A stretch of DNA of 64,000 bases, taken from positions 79,215 through 143,214 of the forward strand of contig RDXM01000083.1 in assembly GCA_004292595.1 (NCBI GenBank), written 5' to 3'. Of the stretch, positions 9,035 through 19,361 are shown in pieces. The notes under the pieces were generated by a model, which made no database searches, was not told where the DNA came from, and saw nothing but the letters and a program-made list of their open reading frames with translations. The DNA is from Candidatus Kapaibacterium sp. GTDB taxonomy: Bacteria; Bacteroidota; Ignavibacteria; Kapaibacteriales; UBA4661. Both the position numbers and the translations under genes were made by a program. Each line of letters starts with the position of its first letter. Within the stretch, counting starts at the first letter, position 1.

Positions 9035-10150
9035 TCAGATTTTGATAAAGATTTTTTTCTTGTACAATACCCACGCAACCGCAAAAATAAGCAGGTTGTA
9101 GGTGATAGCAAAGGCAAGAGACGAATTATATGTGCTAGCAAAAAATGGATAAAAAGCGACGTTGTAGAGGATGTTTTTCATTGCCAATTCTTTCCCGTCG
9201 GGTTGGGTCACAGTCCAGAACAGCAACACTTTCATAAGCAAAATCGAAAGAACGTAGGTAGCAAGGGCGTTCATGCCATAAATGGTGAAAAACTTCGCCC
9301 AGCGTTGCCAGCCTTGAACGTCCATCATCCAGTAAAATGCACCAAGAAAAAGCAAGCCCCATCCTGCCATGAACACCGAATATGAGCTTGTCCAGAGGCT
9401 TTTGTTAATCGGCATTCCCCAATCCCAGACCCCGCCCACAAGCAAACACGCAAAACCAGCAAAGAGCATCCATGCAGCTTTTTCGTCGCGTGATTTTTCG
9501 GTTTTGAGCAAATATCCCGTCAGCGAGCCGAAAAGTGCCGTTGCAATAGCGGGAAGAGTGCTTAAAACTCCTTCGGGATCCCACGTTTTGGATTGCACCC
9601 ACATATGCCCTGTAAGCAGCATCGAATCTACATATGCAGCAAGATTTTTCCCAGGATCCATGAAGCCCGCACCAAGATTTGGTACAGGCACAAGGTACAT
9701 AATTGCATTGTAGAAAACAAGCAGTCCTGCCGTCCAAAGTGCTTGCGCTCGCACAGAAAAGTTCAGCATAATCAGTGCCGAGAGCGCGTAGCAAATGGCA
9801 ATACGCTGAAGAACACCAGGAATCCTAACAGTCGCAAAATTGAATTTTGGGATTAAATTAAGTAGGAATCCTAATAAAAAAATAATTGCAGCACGTTTTG
9901 CTACCTGCATGAACAAATCGGTCTTGCTGTCGCCACGCGCTACGCGGTGCGCCATTGAGTACGTCATGGAAACACCACCGATATAGATAAAGAATGGAAA
10001 AATCCAATCGGTAGGAGTCCAACCATTCCAATGCGCATGAAGAAGCTGCGGGTATGCTTGCGTCCACGAGCCAGGATTATTGACTAAAATCATGCCCGCA
10101 ACGGTGAATCCGCGAAAGGCATCTAAGGAAGCCAAACGTTCTGTTTTCAT
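9035..10150 (-). CDS. NagX/heparan-alpha-glucosaminide N-acetyltransferase-like membrane protein
   Basis: RLASLDAFRG, ILVNNPG, DWIFPFF, GVLQRI, DPEGVLS, PINKSLWTSS; multiple TM helices. Confidence 0.9.
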   Translation of the reverse strand: MKTERLASLDAFRGFTVAGMILVNNPGSWTQAYPQLLHAHWNGWTPTDWIFPFFIYIGGVSMTYSMAHRVARGDSKTDLFMQVAKRAAIIFLLGFLLNLIPKFNFATVRIPGVLQRIAICYALSALIMLNFSVRAQALWTAGLLVFYNAIMYLVPVPNLGAGFMDPGKNLAAYVDSMLLTGHMWVQSKTWDPEGVLSTLPAIATALFGSLTGYLLKTEKSRDEKAAWMLFAGFACLLVGGVWDWGMPINKSLWTSSYSVFMAGWGLLFLGAFYWMMDVQGWQRWAKFFTIYGMNALATYVLSILLMKVLLFWTVTQPDGKELAMKNILYNVAFYPFFASTYNSSLAFAITYNLLIFAVAWVLYKKKIFIKI

Positions 10151-10260
10151 AGTGTTTCCGTTATGTTATGAGATTGTCTCCGCGTTGATGAAAAATTGCC
10201 TTGCCATGAAGAACAGGCAAACGTGCCTGTTGTATCGAAGCCAGTATCCTCTACGATGCG

Positions 10261-12720
10261 TTACTTCCCTGCCTTACTTAAACTAATATTCGCAATATCC
10301 CGCAACACAGCATCATGCACTGCCGGACGCACCGCACGAATCTTGATGTTTTCCGAGGTTGGATGCACACGATTGGTGAGAAAAACAACGCACAGTTCTT
10401 TCGTCGGGTCGCACCAAACGCTTGTTCCCGTGTAGCCAGTATGTCCGAAAGAAACAGCAGCAAAACCGTCTCCACACGAGCCTTTGCCCTCGCCTTTTGT
10501 GTCCCAGCCTATGGCTCGCGTATTCGATTTTTCCTGCCGTGTGGTAAAAAGTTTCACCGTTTCGGGTCGAATAAACGGCGTTTTCCCGCTTTCAGGGAAA
10601 TAGATCGCTTTCAAAAGCTGGCAAACATCGCCCACACTACCAAACAACCCCGCATGACCAGCCACCCCACCCAACAAGGCAGCACGGGGGTCATGGACAA
10701 GAGGGCGCGTAAATGCTTGCTTCCAGAGCTTATCTTCTTCGGTAGGCACACAGCGCGAAAGAATATCACCTTTCGGAATAAAACCTAACGACGGAATACC
10801 AATCGGGCGAGCAATGTTTTCTGCAAAATACACATCCAGCGTTTTTCCCGTGATGCGCCGAACAATCTCACCAAGGGTGATAAAACCTAAATCGCTGTAC
10901 ACCATAGAATCACCCGTTTTATAGACGAGCTTTTCGTTATACAGAGCTTGCATTGCGGCATCTGCCCCTTGCACCTGCTGGTCGTAGGGACGAAATGCTG
11001 CCAAACCAGAATTATGCAGCAAAAGGTTAGAAATCCTAACATTTTTTTTTCCATTCGCTGCAAATTCTGGAATATACTTCGCTACGCTATCCTCTAACTT
11101 GATTTTTCCTTCATCGTATAACTTCAAAAAACACGTTGTTGTGGCAAGAACTTTTGTTAAGGATGCCATATCGTACACGGATTCTGTTGTTGTTTTTGCT
11201 GCGGTATGTGCGTAGGTCATTGTTCCGAATGCTTCTTGCGCTACAATTTTTCCTTTCCAAATCACGCCCAAACACGCCGAAGGAAAGGCAGAATCATAGA
11301 TGGAGCGCAGAATAACTTTTCGTGCGCTTTCAAAATCAAGGTCTTGCTGCACAGCAGTATTGATGTCGTTCTGCACACTGTTTTTATCGCTTGTGTTGTC
11401 TAGTGCGCCTCGTTTTTTCGCTTCATCGGCTTGTTTTTGCAAAAATTCTTTTGTGTAAATCAAGTATTTTTGTCGCTTTTTCTCAAACTCACGCACTTCG
11501 GCTTGTAAAGATTTTTCAATATCTTCGGGCGTTTTTCCTGCTTTTATCATCGCAATAACTTTGCGCGAACCCAAACTGCGTCCTGCGCGGTCGAGTTCTT
11601 TACTGCGAATCGAATCGGGCAGCATTGTGTATAATTCCTGAGCCACCGTTAGTGTTGTGAACAACGGCTTGATAACAGCGCGATTCGTTATTTTCAAGGA
11701 GAAACCATAACACTGTTTCCCCGCTAGTTTTGAGCTTTCGGGATTGAATACCATTGCGGAACATTCTAGTCCAGGCAATTTTTTTGCATCAATACGCCGA
11801 CCAAATTGCAACCCATTCGCAAAGTTCATACCAGGAATACTTACGCCATATGTTGTAAAGGGCGAATCGGTACCGCGCCCAACGCTCCACGTTATATCTT
11901 CCAGCGAACCCAACAAATGATAACCAATCACTGCATCCATTGAGCGAATGTTCGGACTAGGATTGCGCCAAGGAAAAGCAGGCTCTTGCTCGTCATAGAA
12001 TTTATTCGCCTGATAGCCTTGCATCGTAATCACCGTAAGTTTTGCATTGATGCCAAATTCTGTATTGTAGAATTGCGCAAGTTCGCCAATGGTCATACCA
12101 TGTGCAATCGGAATAGGATAATAACTGGCAAATCCGCCTTGAAACTCTTTTTCCAAAATTGGACCATATACGCCAAGCGGTGCTGCCATATTTGGGCGGT
12201 CGAGCACAAAAAAGGGTATTCCTGCTTGAGCGGCGGCTTTCATACAATACGCCATCGTCGTTGCATATGTGTAATATCGTACTCCGATTTCTTGAATATC
12301 GAACACTAAAGCATCCACGCCTTGCAATTCTTCTGGCGACGGCTCTTTTTTCTTTTCCTGATACAAGGAATAAATCGGCAATCCCGTTGCAGAGTCCGTT
12401 TCGTTTTTGTTCAGCAATTCATCTTTTGTGCCACGAATGCCATGCTCTGGCGCGAAGAGCTTTGTTACCAAGCCCTGTTTGTGGAAAATATCAACGGCAT
12501 GGTCGCCCGAGCGTGTAACAGCAGAATGATTGACAATCAAACCAATCTTTTTCCCGCGAAGTGGCGCAAAATCTTGGCTTTGCAATACTTCCAGCCCTAC
12601 CTTGAAAGGAAGAAGTGTGGCATTTTTGGGAGGATTCTGTGCGCACACACTCAATGCCGTGGCAGTGATTATCACCAATGCAAACAGATATGCGGCTTGA
12701 TAACGAAAAGAAGTATTCAT
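10261..12720 (-). CDS. NamZ/DUF1343 exo-beta-N-acetylmuramidase fused to beta-lactamase-fold serine hydrolase (AmiE-like)
   Basis: N-terminal domain LFAPEHGIRG, FDIQEIGVRYYTY, LDRPN, HGMTIGELA, SPNI, GRGT; C-terminal domain ASLTK (SxxK), YSDLGF, VHDP, GHAGLF, GHTGYTG. Signal peptide after MNTSF. Confidence 0.9.
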   Translation of the reverse strand: MNTSFRYQAAYLFALVIITATALSVCAQNPPKNATLLPFKVGLEVLQSQDFAPLRGKKIGLIVNHSAVTRSGDHAVDIFHKQGLVTKLFAPEHGIRGTKDELLNKNETDSATGLPIYSLYQEKKKEPSPEELQGVDALVFDIQEIGVRYYTYATTMAYCMKAAAQAGIPFFVLDRPNMAAPLGVYGPILEKEFQGGFASYYPIPIAHGMTIGELAQFYNTEFGINAKLTVITMQGYQANKFYDEQEPAFPWRNPSPNIRSMDAVIGYHLLGSLEDITWSVGRGTDSPFTTYGVSIPGMNFANGLQFGRRIDAKKLPGLECSAMVFNPESSKLAGKQCYGFSLKITNRAVIKPLFTTLTVAQELYTMLPDSIRSKELDRAGRSLGSRKVIAMIKAGKTPEDIEKSLQAEVREFEKKRQKYLIYTKEFLQKQADEAKKRGALDNTSDKNSVQNDINTAVQQDLDFESARKVILRSIYDSAFPSACLGVIWKGKIVAQEAFGTMTYAHTAAKTTTESVYDMASLTKVLATTTCFLKLYDEGKIKLEDSVAKYIPEFAANGKKNVRISNLLLHNSGLAAFRPYDQQVQGADAAMQALYNEKLVYKTGDSMVYSDLGFITLGEIVRRITGKTLDVYFAENIARPIGIPSLGFIPKGDILSRCVPTEEDKLWKQAFTRPLVHDPRAALLGGVAGHAGLFGSVGDVCQLLKAIYFPESGKTPFIRPETVKLFTTRQEKSNTRAIGWDTKGEGKGSCGDGFAAVSFGHTGYTGTSVWCDPTKELCVVFLTNRVHPTSENIKIRAVRPAVHDAVLRDIANISLSKAGK

Positions 12721-12826
12721 AATACATTCAAAAAAAATAGAGGAAGTTCCAAAAAGAATTTCGTGCCAAACCGCACACAACAACGCACAAAAACAATACC
12801 ACTCAACGGCTTTTCAAGACTACGCA

Positions 12827-12862
12827 AAAAGCACACGGAGAACAAGCGTCGCGTGTGCTTTT
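12827..12862 (-). terminator. Probable terminator of the chemosensory operon
   Basis: AAAAGCACACG..CGTGTGCTTTT inverted repeat. Confidence 0.5.
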
Positions 12863-12945
12863 ATCGAAGAACAGCTATACCAGAAGCGGGTAAGAATTGC
12901 CTATCAAGAAACAAAGGAATGAGATGTAGTCCACCTCTTAGAGGT

Positions 12946-13091
12946 CTAGTCTATGCACACATTTTTTGTCTGCTTGCTGCAAACGCAGGTTTTATGCGGG
13001 TGAAATGTAGTCCACCTTAAAGGTGGACTACATTTGCGGCAGCCACAACACACGTATTGATGGGCTTTTCAGACTTGTGTGCATAGACTAG
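12946..13091. mobile_element. MITE family C (146 bp) with GTAG-type REP cargo, inserted in a REP
   Basis: Perfect 16-bp TIR CTAGTCTATGCACACA; flanking 9-bp direct repeat CTTAGAGGT/CTTAGAGGC; central hairpin AAATGTAGTCCACCT-TAA-AGGTGGACTACATTT (13003-13035). Confidence 0.88.
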
Positions 13092-13125
13092 CTTAGAGGC
13101 AGACCACATCTTACCTTCGTTCACA

Positions 13126-13521
13126 TTAGGAAATCATACCCAGACCTTGCAACGTGCTAATGACTTTTTCTCGGTCAATCGGTTTAATCAAGTACGCCTC
13201 GCATTGATGCTTGAATGCTGCTTTTACATTGGCGAAGTCGCCCAGAGCGGTTGTCATAACAACCTTTGCTCCAGAAAGCGAGAAAACGCCATGTTGTTGC
13301 TCTAATTCACGAATATTTTTTAGCACATCCTGTCCCGTCATTTCGGGAACCATAATATCTAAGAAAACAACATCAAATTTATTTGGTGTTTGTAATGCAG
13401 CCTGAAATTTTTCTAGTGCCTCACGCCCATTTTCCGCCGTAACAACCTCACCGTAAGGCGCGAGAATTTCCGTCATGACACTGCGGCTTACGAACTCATC
13501 TTCCATTACGAGCATTTTCAT
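13126..13521 (-). CDS. Single-domain response regulator (CheY-like)
   Basis: VMEDE, FLDIMVP (phosphoacceptor Asp), TTAL, KP. Confidence 0.92.
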   Translation of the reverse strand: MKMLVMEDEFVSRSVMTEILAPYGEVVTAENGREALEKFQAALQTPNKFDVVFLDIMVPEMTGQDVLKNIRELEQQHGVFSLSGAKVVMTTALGDFANVKAAFKHQCEAYLIKPIDREKVISTLQGLGMIS

Positions 13522-13646
13522 ACCATATCCTTGAATTCTTGTAAAATTTTGATTTTTAAAGACTAACTAGTATTATTTTTATAGTTGCTGGATATTCCCA
13601 CTTTGATAGCAAACAACCAAAAGCTACGTGCGATTTCCCAGCTATA

Positions 13647-16148
13647 TCATGATAAAAACTGCTTCCACGCACCAAAACGAAAGAAAGAATCTAACTGAGA
13701 AATTTCTTCTTGCAGCATACCAAATAACGATGGTGCTTCATGCAGCATACCATTTTTACCAATTTTCTCCAACTGAGCGCATAAATCCAAACATCGTTCT
13801 GCACCAAAATTCCCGACCGCCGATTTGAGTTTGTGGGCGCAGGCGTGCAAATTCACTGCATTATTTTCTTGCACAGCCAATTCAATCGCCGCCAAATCCA
13901 CAGAGTAATTCTGTAAGAAATACGTGATGAGTTTTTCAACAATGTCTTTTTTGCCATTGACCGCCTGCAAAAGGCGAGAAATGTCTGCTGGAGGCGTACC
14001 AGTCCAGATGGGCTGCATCTGTTTTTCATTATCTATTGTACTTCTACCATTTGCATCAAATCCGTTCTGTGCTTGCAGAGTTGCTTCATCGGATGTAGCA
14101 TTTTTCGCTTGCAACAGCCGCCAGATTGCATCGTATAATTTAGCAAAATCCAAAGGCTTTGTGACAACATCATCCATTCCTGCGCGGCGGCACATATCGG
14201 CATCTTGCGGAGTTGCATGGGCAGTAATACCAATAATGGGCAAATGCCGACGTGTGATTTTTTCATGCGCCCGAATAGCGGCGGTTGCTGTTAAGCCATC
14301 CATTTCTGGCATTTGGACATCCATCAAAATAATATCAACATCGAAGTTGGTGCGTTCTAATTCATCCAATGCTTCTTGACCATTGCCCACCATCAGGAGT
14401 TCCCAGCCATTGATACCGAGCGTTTCGCGCAATACAGCTTGATTTATCGGACTATCCTCTGCAACCAAAACGCGGAGCTGTCTGCTACTCGGAATTGCCT
14501 TAGGTGCATCTCCCGATGATGTGCGGACGAATGTTGCATTTTGCGCTTCTTCCTGAAGCTGCGTAATCGGCAAACGTACGGTAAAACCGAAGGTGGAACC
14601 GCGCCCTGCCTCGCTTTTGCACCACACGCCACCGCCCATCATTTCTGCAAGTTGTTTCGCAATGGCAAGCCCTAAGCCAGTTCCGCCGTATTTTCGCGTA
14701 AAGGAAGGGTCGATTTGACTAAAACTTTTGAACAATTTGTCCATTTTATCCTGCGCAATACCAATCCCAGAGTCTTGCACGACGCACTCGACAAGTGCAG
14801 AATTATCTTTTGCTTCGAGCAATCGAGCCGAAACCCGCACCGTGCCTTTGTCGGTGAATTTCATTGCATTGGCAATAAAATTATTCAAAATTTGCTTAAA
14901 ACGAATAGCATCGCCAACTAAGCGAGCCGGAATCGCCTCATCAACATTCATTTGTAGCTCTAACCCTTTATTCTGAGCTTGTGTGCGGAAAATCTCACAC
15001 ACATCAGCAATAAGCGTTTTAATATCAATCGGAATATTTTCAAATTCTAGTTTCTGCGCTTCAATTTTGGAAATATCCAAAATATCATTGATAATGTACA
15101 GCAGCGAATCTGCCGAAACCCGCACCATACGCAAGTATTCATGTTGCTTTGTCGTTAGATTATCCCCACTGACAAGCAGACTACTCATGCCAATAATCCC
15201 ATTGAGCGGTGTGCGTAGTTCGTGGCTCATATTTGCCAAGAACGTGCTTTTTGCGTCATTGGCAGCTTCAGCAATTTCTTTTGCCCGCACAATTTCTACT
15301 GTCCGCTCCGCAACGCGACGTTCCAGTTCTTCATTAATGCTCTTCATTGTTTCTTCTGCAGTTTTGCGCTCGGTAATATCTATACTTGCAAATACCGCCG
15401 CTTCGCCGTGATGATATTTTCGCCCAATTACAAAAAAGGTTTTGAGTCCGAGTGGCGTTTGTGTCTCAAGCTCAAACTCTGTTGTATCATTAGGGCTTTC
15501 AAAAAATTGTTGAATCAATTCCTTAAATCTCATTGTTCCGAACTGCTGGATAAACCCAACTTCTTTCCCCGCATACTCACTTGCTGGAACCCCCATGACG
15601 CTTTCAATGTGGTTGTTCACGCCAAGATATTTCAAATCTCTGCTAATCCACGAAATAGTGCCAGGAACAGAATTCAACACCGCCTCAAGCTGCTCTTTTG
15701 TTTCTTGCACTACTTTTCGCTGCTCGGCAAGCTGCTTCTCTACCAGCAACGTATTGACGGCGCGTTCTATCGCAACATACAGTTTTTCTTGCTTTACAGG
15801 CTTAATGATGTATTGGTCAATACCAATTTCAATCGCATTTAAGAGAAAATCTGTGCGGTCATATGCAGTGGTCAGAATAATTGGAATGCGGCTATTGTGC
15901 ATACGAATACGACGCGACATCTCCATGCCGTCCATTATCGGCATCGCAACATCAGCAACAATCACATCTGGCTGATATTTTTCAAACATCGCTAAACCTT
16001 CCTGTCCATCTTGTGCCAAGACAACTTTTTCGACGCGCTTTTCGAGCAGCATCTTTGTTAAAAGACGAATAGCGGGGTCGTCCTCCACATACAGAATGAC
16101 GACGGGCAGTTTGTCGAGGGATTGCGTTTGCTGGGTTACTTGGCTCAT
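13647..16148 (-). CDS. Cytoplasmic hybrid histidine kinase REC-PAS-HisKA-HATPase-REC-Hpt
   Basis: H-box [32 protein letters not shown]; REC motifs VEDD..ADVAMP and AEDS..MDVQMP; Hpt AHKLKSA. Confidence 0.93.
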   Translation of the reverse strand: MSQVTQQTQSLDKLPVVILYVEDDPAIRLLTKMLLEKRVEKVVLAQDGQEGLAMFEKYQPDVIVADVAMPIMDGMEMSRRIRMHNSRIPIILTTAYDRTDFLLNAIEIGIDQYIIKPVKQEKLYVAIERAVNTLLVEKQLAEQRKVVQETKEQLEAVLNSVPGTISWISRDLKYLGVNNHIESVMGVPASEYAGKEVGFIQQFGTMRFKELIQQFFESPNDTTEFELETQTPLGLKTFFVIGRKYHHGEAAVFASIDITERKTAEETMKSINEELERRVAERTVEIVRAKEIAEAANDAKSTFLANMSHELRTPLNGIIGMSSLLVSGDNLTTKQHEYLRMVRVSADSLLYIINDILDISKIEAQKLEFENIPIDIKTLIADVCEIFRTQAQNKGLELQMNVDEAIPARLVGDAIRFKQILNNFIANAMKFTDKGTVRVSARLLEAKDNSALVECVVQDSGIGIAQDKMDKLFKSFSQIDPSFTRKYGGTGLGLAIAKQLAEMMGGGVWCKSEAGRGSTFGFTVRLPITQLQEEAQNATFVRTSSGDAPKAIPSSRQLRVLVAEDSPINQAVLRETLGINGWELLMVGNGQEALDELERTNFDVDIILMDVQMPEMDGLTATAAIRAHEKITRRHLPIIGITAHATPQDADMCRRAGMDDVVTKPLDFAKLYDAIWRLLQAKNATSDEATLQAQNGFDANGRSTIDNEKQMQPIWTGTPPADISRLLQAVNGKKDIVEKLITYFLQNYSVDLAAIELAVQENNAVNLHACAHKLKSAVGNFGAERCLDLCAQLEKIGKNGMLHEAPSLFGMLQEEISQLDSFFRFGAWKQFLS

Positions 16149-16349
16149 AAAGAATCGGAATGATGAGTCGAAAGGTCGGAATGATGAGTCAGAATGACGT
16201 TAGAAAATATCGTCAAAAACCATGAAAAATATAAAAAGCATGATACGACAACACTTTACGGCAAGGAAGACGGTGCAACAACAAGTACGAACAGACATCG
16301 TAAATTAAACTCTCTTGTACGCTCCAAAGCCGAACAAAGCTCTGGCTGG

Positions 16350-17657
16350 CTATTCTTCCAATAAATGGAGTTTTCGTAATTGATTGAGAACTTTTGCCCG
16401 CGAAATTGGCTTCGTAATATACGCATCGCATTGCAAACGAAATGCCTTGAAGATTTGGTCCATGCTATCAAGTGCAGTAGTCATCACAATTTTTGAGCGT
16501 TGTTGAATCGGGAGGTGCTTTTTGTCCTCCATCTCTCGAATGCCCTTCAAGGCTTGTGTTCCGTCCATCATCGGCATCATAATATCCAAACAGATGAGGT
16601 CGTATCCACCGCCATCATTGAGCGTTTGCTCATATGCCAATAGGGCTTCGCGCCCGTCGGCAGCAAGGTCGCACACTCCAAAGGGTGATAAAATTTCGTG
16701 AATAACGGTGCGACTGACAAAATCATCCTCTGCAATCAGAATATTCATCTTTTTGATAGAACGAACCTCTTTTTGCGCAGGCGCAGCCTGCACGGAGGCG
16801 GTTTGCACGGGCGCGTTCGCGGAAGAACTTCCAGAAACACGACCTGCTGAGGCTTGCGAGGCATTTCCTTGAACAACTGGTGCTTCTGGACTTGAAGAAG
16901 ACGCGCTGCTCGCTTTGCTGAGTACTTTCTCGACATCCACAGGCTTCACTGGGTCGAAAATATGCATTTCTAATTCATCCAGTTCAAAGGTTGTGGCTAT
17001 CACAAGACGCATCACCGATTCGGCTTCTGTGCGTGGTAAGTTCTTGTATTCGGGATAGGTGGCGATATGGATTCCCACATCCCGAATATCGTCGTAGATA
17101 GGCAAGGTTTCATAGCTATCTTGCGAAAGATGCTGCGGATTGATAATTTTTTCTATCTGGTACACATTGAACTTTTCCCGCACCATTCCCGCCAGTAACC
17201 CGCGCTGGCGCTCACTCAGTGGAAATTGTAGGTCAATAAAATTCTTTCCCTTTGCACTCCTTCCGCCCCTGCGTTGCTGGGCTTCCTCGTGAATCTGCTC
17301 TAATTCACGTTGCAAGACAACAAGCTCCGCATGATGCTCTGTCGGAAGAAAAACATTGAACCGCATCGCATCTACCGCCATAAGGGATTTGTGAACAAGA
17401 AGTTGCGTCGGCTCGGCAAGTCCATTGCGCACTAAATCAAAGTTTGATTCTACTGCGTGAATAAGCTGCGACGAAGCATCGCGCTGGGCAAGCCCAAGTG
17501 TGCTTTTGAGGTTGTGTGCGATACGAAAGATTTGGTGAACACTCTCGGTCTTATCACTTTGTGTGTCCAGCATTTCCTCAAAGTTGAGAAGCAACTGCTC
17601 TAAACGTTCTATGAGGTCGATAATATCGCTCAGTTGGGATTCTTGGTCGTCCATCAT
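16350..17657 (-). CDS. Hpt (CheA P1-like) - P2-like - REC protein lacking a kinase domain
   Basis: IFRIAHNLKS Hpt motif; central alpha/beta segment; Ser/Ala linker; C-terminal REC AEDD..CLDIMMP..KP. Confidence 0.8.
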   Translation of the reverse strand: MMDDQESQLSDIIDLIERLEQLLLNFEEMLDTQSDKTESVHQIFRIAHNLKSTLGLAQRDASSQLIHAVESNFDLVRNGLAEPTQLLVHKSLMAVDAMRFNVFLPTEHHAELVVLQRELEQIHEEAQQRRGGRSAKGKNFIDLQFPLSERQRGLLAGMVREKFNVYQIEKIINPQHLSQDSYETLPIYDDIRDVGIHIATYPEYKNLPRTEAESVMRLVIATTFELDELEMHIFDPVKPVDVEKVLSKASSASSSSPEAPVVQGNASQASAGRVSGSSSANAPVQTASVQAAPAQKEVRSIKKMNILIAEDDFVSRTVIHEILSPFGVCDLAADGREALLAYEQTLNDGGGYDLICLDIMMPMMDGTQALKGIREMEDKKHLPIQQRSKIVMTTALDSMDQIFKAFRLQCDAYITKPISRAKVLNQLRKLHLLEE

Positions 17658-17734
17658 GAGATTGCGTCCGAATGGTCTAAGATATGAAAAAATCGGGAAA
17701 ATGGTACATTCATTCCACTACTTGTTTGTATGAA

Positions 17735-18106
17735 CTATAACAAACCAACCGCTTTCAAGGCAGTTTTCATGCGGTCGCCAGAGAAAGGCTTTACTAAATA
17801 ATGGTTTGCACCAAGCTGTTGCAATTTTGCTTGCATTTCGGGGCTATCCAGCGTCGAAAGCATAACAACGGGGGTTTTTCCAGCAGTCGCGTGCTTGCGC
17901 ACTCGTTTCAAAAATTCCATTCCGTTCATGTTTGGCATTTCAATATCAGAAAAAATGACATCGAAGGTTTTGGAATCTAATACTTTTAAGCCTTGAATGC
18001 CATCCTCGGCTAAATCAACCTTAAAGCCAGACATTGCAAGAAAGGTGCGCGTTGCCGAGCGATGAATCTCGGTATCATCAACGACTAAAGCAGTCTTGAA
18101 AGCCAT
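17735..18106 (-). CDS. cheY: Chemotaxis response regulator CheY-like
   Basis: 123 aa; VVDD, SDIEMPNMNG, LST, VKPF; lies inside the che cluster. Confidence 0.85.
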   Translation of the reverse strand: MAFKTALVVDDTEIHRSATRTFLAMSGFKVDLAEDGIQGLKVLDSKTFDVIFSDIEMPNMNGMEFLKRVRKHATAGKTPVVMLSTLDSPEMQAKLQQLGANHYLVKPFSGDRMKTALKAVGLL

Positions 18107-18193
18107 CGGAATACTCCTTTAAAAAAGAAAGAAGAGTAAAAATGAAGAGTAATTGTTTGCAAAAGGAAGACCACTTCTGCGCATGAGAGAAGC

Positions 18194-19300
18194 CTACACA
18201 ATCCACGGTTTCTTTTCTGGCGACGAAATATGAACCGCTTTCGAGCCAACCTGAATAAAGACCGTTCTGCTGAACGATTGCCCCGTATCTTCAGAAGCGA
18301 TGGTGATGCCGAGTGCTTGAAGGAGTTGCTTGATAGCAGCAATATTTTTCTCGCCAATTTTGAAATAATTTCCAGCATCTGCGCCCGTTTGCGCACCACC
18401 AGCGAGCTTTGCCGTTAGCTGCGACATCGGCTTGCGGAAGCCCTTGGCTCGCATTTCGTTGATGAGAGCGGGAATGGCAGTATCGGCGAAATATCCAGGC
18501 AAACTCTTCGCTTTTTCGGGCGATGTTTGCGAGCTTGCCAAGGCAACGTGCGCCATACCAACGACATCCTGCGTCGGGCTAAACAAACACACCGCCACAC
18601 ACGAACCAAGCGCGAAGGTTTTCACAATTTTCCCATACTCATACGCCACGCCAAATTCTCCAACACCCAAAATCAGCTGCGGAATGCGCTCTTCGTAGTT
18701 TGGTATAGTTGCTTGCGAAGAAGTCTGCGTTGTACTTGGGCGCACAGGCGACGGAGCAAGACTTGATGAAGCAAGATTTGATGAGGCTTGCGGAGAAATT
18801 TGCGTGGGCAGTTTTGCGGGCAGTGCTGGTGGCGGCGAACCGCCTTGCGCACCAATCATACCGCGCTGACGCGCCGAGCGCACCTCGCTGCCGCTTACCC
18901 GATATGCTGCCCGAATTTTTACCACTAAACGCGCAAGTGTTTCTTGAAAACCTTGCGGATTCAAGGCAGAAGGTTTGGGAATAAAATCTACTGCACCCGC
19001 TTCTAATGCCTGTAAGGTAATACTTTTGTCGTTTTGCGCCCACGAACTGAGAACAATGATGGGCAGAGCATCACGCATCATCGCCGCTTTGATAAAATCC
19101 AAGCCGTTCATCACGGGCATTTCCATATCGGTTACGACGACATCCACAGCAAGTATTTGGAGCTTGTCCAAAGCATCCTGACCATGCACCGCCACGCCAA
19201 CAATTTCTAGCTCATGCTCTGGCGCACTCAAGGACTTCGTGAGCATATCTCGAACAAGTGGCGAATCATCCACTAATAAAACACGTATTTTTTCAGCCAT
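18194..19300 (-). CDS. cheD: CheB-type REC domain fused to CheD glutamine deamidase
   Basis: N-terminal VDDSPLVR..TDMEMP..ALEAGAVDFIPKP; Pro/Ser linker; C-terminal ALGSCVAV, GMAH, FADTAI, KLAGGA, IGEKN, EDTG..SRT. Start at MAEKIRV. Confidence 0.9.
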   Translation of the reverse strand: MAEKIRVLLVDDSPLVRDMLTKSLSAPEHELEIVGVAVHGQDALDKLQILAVDVVVTDMEMPVMNGLDFIKAAMMRDALPIIVLSSWAQNDKSITLQALEAGAVDFIPKPSALNPQGFQETLARLVVKIRAAYRVSGSEVRSARQRGMIGAQGGSPPPALPAKLPTQISPQASSNLASSSLAPSPVRPSTTQTSSQATIPNYEERIPQLILGVGEFGVAYEYGKIVKTFALGSCVAVCLFSPTQDVVGMAHVALASSQTSPEKAKSLPGYFADTAIPALINEMRAKGFRKPMSQLTAKLAGGAQTGADAGNYFKIGEKNIAAIKQLLQALGITIASEDTGQSFSRTVFIQVGSKAVHISSPEKKPWIV

Positions 19301-19361
19301 ATAAAACGATGGTCGTATATTCAAGTATTCTGGTTGTTCAGGCAGCACATTAGATAACAGA

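Noticed and set aside
10261-11350. Beta-lactamase resistance gene
   Set aside because: The SxxK domain has AmiE/esterase-type motifs (VHDP, GHAGLF) and is fused to NamZ; peptidoglycan turnover is the simpler reading.
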